64,000 nt of DNA from Mobula hypostoma (taxonomy: Eukaryota), in NCBI RefSeq assembly GCF_963921235.1, contig NC_086106.1:22258001-22322000 (forward strand), read 5' to 3'. Below, in pieces: positions 11,440 through 21,715 of this stretch (position 1 is its first letter; each line of letters opens with the position of its first letter). Below the pieces are notes generated by a model, which saw only the letters and a program-made list of their open reading frames with translations, had not been told where the DNA came from and made no database searches. The position numbers and the translations under genes were made by a program.

Positions 11440-14040
11440 AGGTATATTAAGTAAGCAGGAGTTAGTTCTCTTTAGGAATGGCCGGCCGCATCACACGGGA
11501 GGAGGGTGTTACATTACCAAAAGGACAGTGTAAAAGACATTTTTCTTCCTGTCCGGAGAATGTGTAAGATTAGCTATGAAGAGCTGGTTGGATGTCGAGA
11601 AAGGTGATGACCTCAGTCAAGAAGAAACGGAAAAACGGAAAAACATGTGCACCATTGGAAGCTAAATTCAGCAAGATCGCATAAGCATCAGAAATAAGCC
11701 AAAAAAGAAGTCAGACGCATTTTCAATCCAGGAAGGGGCCGGGAAAGAGTTTTTTTTGTTTCGTAGTAGGGCGAAAGAGAGTCGCATGATACATCGAGCA
11801 TGTGTATATCAAGAAAACGGTAGGACAGAACATGTGTCAGGATGCAGGGAATGTTGAATGGATGTTAATGAACACCTTACTTCATTGTTTATCAAACAGA
11901 ACGAGTAGTAAATCAGAGCCCAGGGCCCTGATTTGATCAGAGCTTTTGACACAATGTTGGAAGTACCGTTCAGACTCTGAAGGAGTATTACCGTGGTTAC
12001 GTCCGTTAGGTCGGATCTGATATAACGCGAGTTTCTAGAAAAGACAAGTCTGTTTGATGAAGATAGACCTGTGGATATTTTTTGCTTGGTGTTTAGTAAG
12101 GCGTTTGACAAGATTCCTCGTGGGACGGACATCCGGAAGTTATAGGTGCATAGAATCATTTAGAATCGGCCTTTTGGATTCAGAACTGAATCTATCATAG
12201 AACTCTGGGCATATTAGTCGAAGGGATATATTCTCACCTGAGCTCTGTGATTGCTGGTGTTCCGAAGAGCTCTGGCATTACACGACTAGACACAGGTGAG
12301 GAAGAACAATGAAACTCCTGCAAGAGACAGAATCAAGAGGATAGGCGTCAGAATATGAACCTTGACGAGAGACTGAAAAAACTGGAGGAAGTAATCGATA
12401 CTTTCGGACTACAGTCCGACGATTCAGTCGAGGAGCCGAGGGACGATAGGATCCCCAGGAGAAGAAGGAAGCAAACGGTTAGACAACCGAATATCGGCAG
12501 AGCCTCGGCCGAGCGAATGAGTGAGACCAGAAGAGAATTCATTTCCTTGGACTGGAACCTAAATACCGCCGGACCCCCTCACGGCAGGCTAACGACACGA
12601 GCTAGGAGCAGAAGAAAGGAAGGACCACAGGAACAGACAGAAGCTAGAGGTAATACACTTGAATACCAACAGAAACTCGGAGGAGCGACAGAACACCACG
12701 AGACAATTCATTTCTCCTACACAATGACCCACACACAGTCCTGATTGAGAGTCTTTTTTTTTAATAACTACAAAATATGGCGAAAAATCTACAAGCCAAA
12801 CTCAAATTTATATAACTACGCTAGAAAGGATAGGCTTAACAACTCAAGTTAAGATAAGATAAAAAAAAACAAACGAACAAACAAAAAGCAGGTGTTCTCA
12901 AGCCCCAGATGCTGCGCTCTCTGGAAATCCATTTGCTCATGCCAGCACCTCCTCCAATAAGGCGGGCACCTGATGGTCGAGGAATCTCTTAAGGCTTGAC
13001 TGAAATAAACACAATGCGGACAGGAAGTTGGAGGCACTGATGTAAAATCTGAAATGCTCGGATGCCTCTGAAGGTGCCCTGGAGAATTACGAAGGAAATC
13101 GCTTAGGACGGTGCGTTCACATCAGGAAATGTCCTCGCGGTATGGTGCTACGTCTGAAAAAAAAAATATATCAACGCGGATATGTATCTCAATGGAGCTC
13201 CGCAGGCAGATCTGTGAAACACAAGGCAGACCTGGAGCTCAAAGCAGTGTTGAGAATACCATACAGATCTGCAGTTGGGGGAAAAAATACATTTGACTGG
13301 GAAGCACAGCACAAAACCCGGACCAGCGACCCAGAGCTCCTAAACATTGCATAAACCCAGGAAACACTGCATTCGACGAGGGAACAGAGCACATAACTTG
13401 TGGACAATAAAAAAACATAGCATGAAAGACCTTACGAATCTTGTTGACCCAGAGAACCTCGGTAAAAGTATCTTGAATATAGACTGGAAATTCTCAAAAC
13501 ATCCCCTGGGTTTATGTGGTGTGTTGTGAGTCACTTTGTCATGTTCCCAACTCAAGTGTCTGGACCCAGGAGCGGAGGTAAGACAGTATCCCCAATAAAG
13601 GACGGGAAGATGAGGATGGACAGCACAGGGTTCATGACAGGATATGTTACAGATACGTGCAGCAAATAGCAGATCGCATTAAACCCGGCCAAATATGAAG
13701 TGTGACTCTTTTAAAAGACAAAGGTAAAGTGAACCTCGATGAGCTGAGAGATCTTGGGTTCCAAGGACGTAGCTTCTTCTAAATTGTTATAGTGGTTCAT
13801 AAAGGATTTAAGTAGCCATGTAGCATACTTGTCTTTATTAGTGGAGATACTGAGCTCAAAGGAAAAGATGGCATTTTGAAGCTTTAAAATGATCGGTAAA
13901 GCTGAAATCCTAACTCAAATTTGATACTAATTTTAGGAATATATTTTGGTTGCATCTGAATGGTTGCATGTAGTTCTGTTCGCTCCATTCTAGAAAGGAA
14001 GTCGACGATTTGGCGAGGGGGTGGAAGAATTCTACGAGGT
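11440..14040 (+). mobile_element. Decayed CR1-type LINE, interrupted at about 12273-13641
   Basis: Degenerate 'TNLLEFFE...VDIVYLDFSKAFDK'-coding sequence near 12000-12120. CR1 sequence resumes at ggatat (13642). Confidence 0.55.
12273..13641. other. Unclassified insertion carrying a 129-aa ORF (12355-12744, +)
   Basis: Non-CR1 sequence between two CR1 pieces. ORF begins MNLDERLKKLEEVIDTF (coiled-coil-like). TG...CA ends but no TSD. Confidence 0.35.
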
Positions 14041-14817
14041 TGCTGCAGTGTTATAAGCTATCATGTGCTGTAACGAGAGGCCGAACAACTCGGATGTCTT
14101 TCACTGGAACGGCCACGGCTAAGGGCATACCTGATCGAAGGTTTTCAAGATAATTAATCATAGTAAGATACAGTATAAACAGAGAACACAGACAGTTTTT
14201 TTTTTTGTTTTTTTTTTGGTCACAGAGTTGTATGTGCAGTAAGAGTAGGTAGGAATTTGCTGTGTGACAGAGTAATTTCAAAGGAGAGATGAGGATCATT
14301 TTTTTTTTCCCCACAAATAATTGTTAATATCTTCAATGCGCTGCTAGTGGTGCTGGTGTAGACAGAAGTGATACACTTGGAACTTGAAAGGGATGTTTGG
14401 AATGGCACTTGGGTGAGTAAATTCGATATATATGATAAAATGTGTAGATAGAAATTGTTTTTGTTGGTCATTAATTTGTCAAATTAATTGGTTGTGCAGC
14501 GATATTTGTGTGATGAAGTACTTGTCTCCATGATTTATTATGTTCTGTGTTCTTAGCTGCTCCAGTTCCTCGGCAGCTGAAAGAAAACATACGACTGGGG
14601 GTGAGAGGAGAGTGAGGTGTGGCGTGGGCTCAGTGAACCAAGGTATATCTGTGGAAGGACGTTAAGCTTGATACATTGTGGTTTTCCGGTGGGTTTTTCC
14701 ACCCTTTAAATTTCCAGCATCTGCTGTCGATTTTGATCGTGTTGACATTCTTGAGGTGCGCTTTAGGTTAACGCAGAGAGAGCGCCCACTATAGAGCGCT
14801 GGTAGTAGCTGGTGCTA

Positions 14818-14856
14818 AGTTTTTGTGTGGATCTGCTGCTTTCTTGCATCAGCGTG
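14818..14856 (-). promoter_or_regulatory. 23-RSS of the intact TRAV
   Basis: CACGCTG (14856-14850), 23-nt spacer atgcaagaaagcagcagatccac, then ACAAAAACT (14826-14818). Confidence 0.92.
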
Positions 14857-15289
14857 GGCGTTATTGCGCAGAGATAAATGGCCGAGTCGGAGACAAGTAC
14901 CTCGGAGATATATAAAGGAACCGACCGGTTTTCGCTGTGATAAACTGTGGAAAACCTGTCCGACAAATTCGGCGCCTGATCCGCATAACCAGTTCTCATC
15001 CTCTGCAGCAAATATCTCGGTGTTTCCCTGTTGTCTTGAATATACCAGACAGCAGTATCAGCATTCAAAGTTACAGAATAACTGCAGTTCACAATTATAT
15101 TCTCTCCTTCCACAGCTATTATTTCTGAGGGATACTGGGAGACAGGCTCTTTTCCAGAAGATCCTGCAAGATATAGAAAACGTGTGAGCAGCGCGAAAAT
15201 AATTTCCCCGAAAGACACCCTGAGCAAATAAACAGAGACTGACCGCTTAGCACAAAAATAGTAATAACTATGTAATTTGAGGACCGCAT
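14857..15289 (-). CDS. TRAV: T-cell receptor alpha(-delta) variable gene segment, apparently functional (leader exon 15244-15289, 80-nt intron, V exon 14857-15163)
   Basis: Leader MRSSNYIVITIFVLS-G|gtcagt. Acceptor cttgcAG|GA, phase 1. Exon GSSGKEPVSQYPSEIIAVEGENIIVNCSYS...AVWYIQ...DRFST...SVPLYISEVLVSDSAIYLCAITP has both Cys, the Trp, no stops, and an RSS. Confidence 0.92.
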
Positions 15290-15392
15290 GACAGCAGGTT
15301 AGGAATGGGAAGATGCTGGAAGAATTTTTACAGCACGTTCACGCTTCGGCTCAGAGACGGGAAATGAAACGTCTATCAGTCTGTACCACTGA

Positions 15393-15421
15393 AGTGACGC
15401 TGGGCGTTCCCTTTATTTATA
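15393..15421 (-). promoter_or_regulatory. Candidate V promoter elements (CRE half-site, TATA-like)
   Basis: AGTGACG at 15393-15399 and TATAAATA (minus) at 15414-15421, about 105-130 nt upstream of the ATG. The plus-strand V also has a TGACG (minus, about 17905-17911) upstream. Confidence 0.3.
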
Positions 15422-15712
15422 AGTAGCTTATCATAGGCATGGCGCATCATTCGGACAGCCCCCAACTTCCCTCTCTCTCTCCACCACAGAACAAACGCCA
15501 CCTATAATTTTCCGAATGAGAAAACTAGCGTTTGCAGAAGTCTATGTGTTGATAAGCAGGATACAGGGGCGAAATAGAGTGTGTTGAATTAAAAAAAAAT
15601 AAATGCGTCGACCGTCACTACAACAAGGGATTAATTGTGGAATGAGTAAAGGAGTTCCAGAAACATACAATAGTGCTCATAGGATGATCAGCTGGGAAAA
15701 GGCCAAACAGTG

Positions 15713-16405
15713 TGTAGCCACCCCCCCCCCCCCGCCCCCGGCCACCCTCCGGGTCGCACGGCTCGCTGTCATCTAGGGAAACAGCCTTCTGCCCCGCCAA
15801 ACTGGGTCATAGTTCAGGTGGATGCTCTGTAAGTTACCCCACCCTGCCCAAATAACAGATGATACATCAGATGCAATTAAACGATTTGCAGTTTATAGGT
15901 ATAACTGGAGCTATATAATGAAGAGAGAATAGAATATAAAAGGAAAACAAAAGGCGCCACACTTATCCAAGTTCAATCTCTTCGTGCACAAAACAGTTGG
16001 AGTTCAAGGGCCTTCTTCTTCACCCTGCGACCTCTCGGACCACCTCGACCGACCGCCTGGGACCACCAACGGTGGTCGACCAATCGCTCCACACGAGTCT
16101 GGCTCCGTCTCCTCGCCGAACGCCCTCCTCTGGGTCCGACCTCGTTAGCGGACATCACAGCACCTCGTCCATCCTCTGTCTCGCTCTCCCGCCTTCTGCC
16201 CCAAAACCCCGCGCGTACCGTACCTTCAAATACACCAAAATCATAAGAACTAACCCAATTTGTTAATCATACCTTTGGCTGTCTTATCATACTCTAAACC
16301 AAAACAAGCCACTAGCACAAACTTTCTCAGCGTTTAACGCAACAAAGCCGCATTCCGCAGATTAACGTAACAAAGACGCCATGTGAATTAGCCTCCGCAG
16401 TAACA
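15713..16405. repeat. LTR-retroelement-like fragment
   Basis: TGT...ACA ends, minus strand begins TGTTACTGCGGAGGCTAATT, with a tggcgcc PBS-like motif near 15955. No TSD confirmed. Confidence 0.35.
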
Positions 16406-16519
16406 TAGAAGTCGAAATCCCCTTCCCAGTATAAAGTTCCTCCGTGTCAACATGTCTGAAGATCTATCTTGGCCAACATTATCACCGAACACCTGGTGTA
16501 GTTCAGACTCTCCTCCACT

Positions 16520-17095
16520 TGTTCAGCGATTTTCATGTTCCTTTTTGTAGTAATGTAGTTTTAACTGCGTCCGGTCTAGGCTCGATTCACATTGAAACTG
16601 TCCATGGAGGGGGTGCAGAGGAGAATTACTAGGGTGTTGCCTGGATGGAAAACAAGTCTTAGGAGACAAGGTTAGCAGAGCTATGCCTTTTCTCTTTGGA
16701 ACATAGAAGAAGGAGAGGGAACTTGATACAGGTCTACAAGATTATGAGAGGCATAGATAAAGTGAATAGCCAGTACCTGTTTCCCAGGACACGGATAGCT
16801 AACACCAGAGGGCTTATGTACCAATCTAAGGGAGGGAAGTTTAGGGGAGGTAGTAGGGGTAGGCTTTTCACACAGAGGGTTGTGGGTGCCTGGAATGACT
16901 TGCCAGGGATAGTGGTGGAGGCTAAAACATCCGTGGTTTTTAACAGGCTCTTGGACAGGCATATAGATGAAATAACAATAGAGGGTTACTGGATACTGTG
17001 GGTTTCGTACTTTGTTTTAAGGAACACATGGGTCGGCACTACATCGAGGGCCGAAGGGCCTCTACTGTGCTGTAGTATTCTAGTTTCTACTGTCT
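16520..17095 (+). mobile_element. CR1-type LINE 3' fragment
   Basis: ORF 16696-17097 (RRRGNLIQVYKIMRGIDKV...FTQRVVGAWNDLP) plus the gggccgaagggcct tail. Confidence 0.8.
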
Positions 17096-18071
17096 AGTGA
17101 GATTATTATGCAATATATACCTGAGAGAAAAGGACGTACAAATCGTTAGGCCACGGGATGCCGGCACCTTGAAATTTGAACGCAGTCTCAGACAACTTGA
17201 ATGAAGTGAGAAATAGACCTTCTAATAATTATTTTCCGCAGTTTTCAAGAGGATTTTTTTTTTCTTTTTTTAATTTAAATTGGACTAGGCGGAGCCTTTT
17301 TCGGTAGCATGCCTTTCATGTTGCCTTCAGTCTGTGTTCATAACCCGCCACTGTGTTGATTAATTTGAAAATGTTTATTCTCTGTAATGTTTCGGTACAT
17401 GGCTGAAACTGTGGCATTTGATTTCAGGGTGGACACGATACCTGTGGAAAATAACATGATGGGTGGATTGTCCCCAACCTGCTAAGTTCTGATGTTCGAA
17501 GATCGTTGTTCCAAAATAATTCTTGATGTATTCTCTTGTGCTCCTTCAAAATGGCTCGATGAGTAGAGCCTCTATGAGGAAACTGAAATGCAGAGATGTC
17601 TATAGCGTTCATGGGATACCAATAATTATGTAGTTCTGTTGGGCGTTTATCATTCTCGGGTCAATAGAACAATATTACTGAACTCTCAGTGAGATCATTC
17701 GTGCCCACTATTCAGGAATATTTCAATGCATATTGCCTCGTTCACTTACCGTGCTGCATTGAGATGACACTCCTTACTCACTGCTTACCGAGACGGAAAG
17801 AGATCGAGAGAGGACTGGAGAGACCGAGGGCGTAGTAGCGGGAAAAGGGAATGAAGAGCAATAACAGATCATCAAAATCCAAGGAAGCGGCATGCGCTGA
17901 AATAACGTCAGCTGCGTGTTACAGGAAAATAATGCAGCGTGGATACGCCCTTCTGTCTCTCCAAATGTACATACAAATGGTCCCTCAACGTGTTTTCTTT
18001 ACACATATTTGATCGCAGGGTTAACTACGAGGGATCCATTTTTTTTTCCCTCTTGGGCTGTTTCTAAACTA

Positions 18072-18513
18072 ATGGCGATGTTGTGTCTGTGGTCTTTACC
18101 GACAACAATCCTCCTTGTTTTTGGTGAGACTCTGTTTTAGTGGTTCATGCCCGGCTGTGGCTTTGATTGGATCCCAGACTACGCACATTTTCTACCTTCT
18201 GTTACCGGAGCCTTCGGAGATAATTCCATGTTTCAGCTTCCCCCAGAGCTGACGGTTGATGAAGGACGGATGTAACACTGAAGTGCAGCTACCCTGAGGG
18301 ATACGATGGTTACACCGCCTTCTGGTACACCCAATTCTCGGGAGGTGCTCCACGCTTTCTGCTAAAGATATTGTTTACCGGATTCCAAATCCTGTCACCA
18401 CGATTTACAAAGAGGTTTTCGGTTGTTCATCAGAAATCAAGTAAGACTCTCCCTATAACCATCGCCCATGTTTTTCTTTCAGATTCTTCCGTATATCTCT
18501 GCGCCATAAAGCC
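18072..18513 (+). pseudogene. TRAV: TRAV pseudogene (leader 18072-18123, V exon 18208-18513)
   Basis: Leader MAMLCLWSLPTTILLVF-G|gtgaga. Acceptor reads CCG instead of CAG (18205-18207). Exon GAFGDNSMFQLPPELTVDEGR, then a 1-nt frameshift, then DVTLKCSY...FWYTQ...KRFSVVHQK...SDSSVYLCAIKP. Confidence 0.9.
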
Positions 18514-18552
18514 CACACTGCTGCAGAGTAGCAGCTGATGCGACCATAAGCT
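18514..18552 (+). promoter_or_regulatory. 23-RSS with weak nonamer
   Basis: CACACTG, 23-nt spacer ctgcagagtagcagctgatgcga, then CCATAAGCT. Confidence 0.75.
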
Positions 18553-18763
18553 TCACTCTAGCAGTTACTGTGTTCGGTCTCAAGGTGGTGCATCAGTGCT
18601 GTGTGAATATGCGTCTGGATGAAGAACCTAAGCATGTCTCCATGTACGAGTATTGTTCCTTTATGCTTTGCCAAAATACTCCAAATGTTCTCCAAAACAT
18701 CAATTTAACCTTCCACAATAAATAATTGAGATATAATTATGTATAAGACAATCCCCCGCCCGC

Positions 18764-18935
18764 NNNNNNNNNNNNNNNNNNNNNNNNNNNNNNNNNNNNN
18801 NNNNNNNNNNNNNNNNNNNNNNNNNNNNNNNNNNNNNNNNNNNNNNNNNNNNNNNNNNNNNNNNNNNNNNNNNNNNNNNNNNNNNNNNNNNNNNNNNNNN
18901 NNNNNNNNNNNNNNNNNNNNNNNNNNNNNNNNNNN
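18764..18935. other. Assembly gap (172 N)
   Basis: Run of n. Confidence 1.
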
Positions 18936-19149
18936 TTTGTTTTCCTTTTTAAACACTAGTGTCATTTGCGAGTAGAGTTTATATCTTGTTCCGTATCTGC
19001 GTGCATTTCCAACAAGAATCCGCTTTTCTCTGACAATCCAAAGAGTTATAGATTTGGGGAAAATTGCACAATAGAAGAACCCTGTGGATTACAGATCCGT
19101 TACTGAAAATGATGTAGTTGAAACTTACAACGTTTCTCCATATGAATAT

Positions 19150-20283
19150 ACCCCCACGGTATTGGGGGTAAGGTATTGGTGTGGGTGGAGAATTGGTTAG
19201 CAGACAGGAAGCAAAGAGTGGGAATAAACGGGACCTTTTCAGAATGGCAGGCGGTGACTAGTGGGGTACCGCAAGGCTCAGTGCTGGGACCCCAGTTGTT
19301 TACAATATATATTAATGACTTGGATGAGGGAATTAAATGCAGCATCTCCAAGTTTGCGGATGACACAAAGCTGGGTGGCAGTGTTAGCAGTGAAGAGGAT
19401 GCTAAGAGGATGCAGGGTGACTTGGATAGGTTGGGTGAGTGGGCAAACTCATGGCAGATGCAATTTAATGTGGATAAATGTGAAGTTATCCACTTTGGTG
19501 GCAAAAATAGGAAAACAGATTATTATCTGAATGGTGGCCGATTAGGAAAAGGGGAGGTGCAACGAGACCTGGGTGTCATTATACACCAGTCATTGAAAGT
19601 GGGCATGCAGGTAGAGCAGGCGGTGAAAAAGGCGAACGGTATGCTGGCATTTATAGCGAGAGAATTCGAGTACAGGAGCAGGGAGGTACTACTGCAGTTG
19701 TACAAGGCCTTGGTGAGACCACACCTGGAGTATTGTGTGCAGTTTTGCTCCCCTAATCTGAGGAAAGACATCCTTGCCATAGAGGGAGTACAAAGAAGGT
19801 TCACCAGATTGATTCCTGGGATGGCAGGTCTTTCATATGAAGAAAGACTGGATGAACTGGGCTTGTACTCGTTGGAATTTAGAAGATTGAGGGGGGATCT
19901 GATTGAAACGTATAAGATCCTAAAGGGATTGGACAGGCTAGATGCGGGAAGATTGTTCCCGATGTTGGGGAGGTCTAGAACGAGGGGTCACAGTTTGAGG
20001 ATAGAGGGGAAGCCTTTTAGGACCGAGGTTAGGAAAAACTTCTTCACACAGAGAGTGGTGAATCTGTGGAATTCTCTGCCACAGCAAACTGTTGAGGCCA
20101 GTTCATTAGCTATGTTTAAAAGGAAGTTAGATATGGCCCTTGTGGCTACAGGGGTCAGGGGGTATGGAGGGAAGGCTGGGTTCTGAGTTGGATGATCAGC
20201 CATGATCATAATAAATGGCGGTGCAGGCTCGAAGGGCCGAATGGCCTACTCCTGCACCTATTTTCTATGTTTCTATGTCTCTA
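19150..20283 (+). mobile_element. Young 5'-truncated HER1/CR1-type LINE; uninterrupted 336-aa RT C-terminal ORF (19176-20186)
   Basis: WLADRKQRVGINGTFSEW...[10 protein letters not shown]...KFADDTKL. Ends in gatcagccatgatc...aagggccgaatggcctactcctgc...(tttctatg)n, the HE1/HER1-type tail. Confidence 0.92.
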
Positions 20284-20513
20284 TGAATATGGATTCTCTG
20301 ATGTCATTGGCACCTAATAGTCTCCTGGTAATGCTGGCGTAAAGTAGTCTGAAGAGTTTGCACTTAATTTCTGCATTAACCCCTTTAACATGCGTGCATG
20401 AAATGAAAATTGCTTGGAAATTACACGACTGAAGCTTGAAGTCACTAGAATACATAAGATTACATATCTGCTCTAGTGACTACTACGTAGCCGTTATCGA
20501 CATCTTTACACAG

Positions 20514-20812
20514 ATCTAGCAGATTACTGAAGAACAGGCCAGTCCTGACTTCTCTGTCGTTGTTTGTAATTAACAGACAGTAGTGTTTGGTATATCCGGC
20601 CTTTCTGCTTAGTTCGATCTTAGCGAGACATTCTGCAGTATATGCCCAATGAATACAATAGGATTTTGTGCACCAAGCGATTTAATTCCACTTTCGTCTA
20701 TAATATATCCAATTAAAGCGCCTTTGTTTCCATGGCCAACTCACCGGAAGCTGCAGCCTGCACTGTCAATCAATGAGAGGGCGGCTGATACGATCATCAC
20801 TTTCACTCTACA
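20514..20812 (+). pseudogene. Heavily decayed TRAV relic, paralog of the 18-kb V
   Basis: One frame gives TDSSVWYI...RDILQYMPNEY...TKRFNSTFVYNISN*S (cf. intact V DTAVWYI...RYLLQRMRTGY...DRFSTVYHSENRS). The 3' flank agagggcggctgatacgatcatcactttcactcta matches the 18-kb RSS region agagtagcagctgatgcgaccataagcttcactcta. Confidence 0.5.
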
Positions 20813-21715
20813 GGGAGCAGGTGCATGTACTCCGTTCCCCAGTCTGTTTCTTGTACAGATTCGGTGTCCACTTCGTTATGCACTCATGTGCAATTGCTAG
20901 TTAACGCAATTATCTATTCATCCAATCATGTGTTTCAAACGCAATGCATGAAAAAGAAATATGCAGACATTATTAATAAGTTCAATTGATGTAAAAGCAT
21001 GTGGAAGAAAGGTAAGCTGATTGCCATTGATTATGAAATGCTCGTTGGTGGCAGGCGGAGTGGCTTGGATATCTCAGAAAGATTTATCCCTGTGATTTTC
21101 AAGTACAACCTTCTGTGGAGAATATAAATAATGATGTCAAAAATCAAAAAAAAACAACACTCTATAGAGTTTAAAAATAATGATGTAAAATTCTAAGAAG
21201 ATGTAGTAATCACAGTTCTTAATCAAAAACGCCTTCTACATGAGAGAGGTTAAATAAGATAATGCGGACTGGTTCAAGTTGAAAGAAAGGTGACAGTACC
21301 TCAGGCAATCACGAGGTACAGTAGTGGTAAACAGACGAGCATCTCCGAACGTACAATACGTCGTAACGTAAAAAGTGATGGGCTACATGAGCATAAGACA
21401 AGTAACAATCATATACCTAAGATCAGAATGTTCCGAGTAAAGTGGCCACTAAGTATTTCTGTAGAAGAATCCAAAATATTGATGGGGCAATTGAAAAAAA
21501 AAAACGATCAGCTTATTTTGCATTGAGTTTTTCGATTACGGAATTTGATGCTAAATATCGAATGAGGAAACAAGAAATAAGACACATCTCACTCTATCGT
21601 ATTCGTTACTTCTGTCGAAGGTCTTTACATTTTTTTTTAATCTGGAGGTCAGTGGATGTCTTCTCCCAGTGAGGCAGTGAATGTTTTCGTAAAACCCACT
21701 GCGTTGTTTCCGTAT

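Noticed and set aside
18705-18975. ORFs spanning the N run
   Set aside because: Artefacts of the assembly gap.
20460-20800. Minus-strand leader-like exon (gtgagt donor near 20742) and a short open frame
   Set aside because: The product has no V motifs. The plus strand explains the region better as a TRAV relic.
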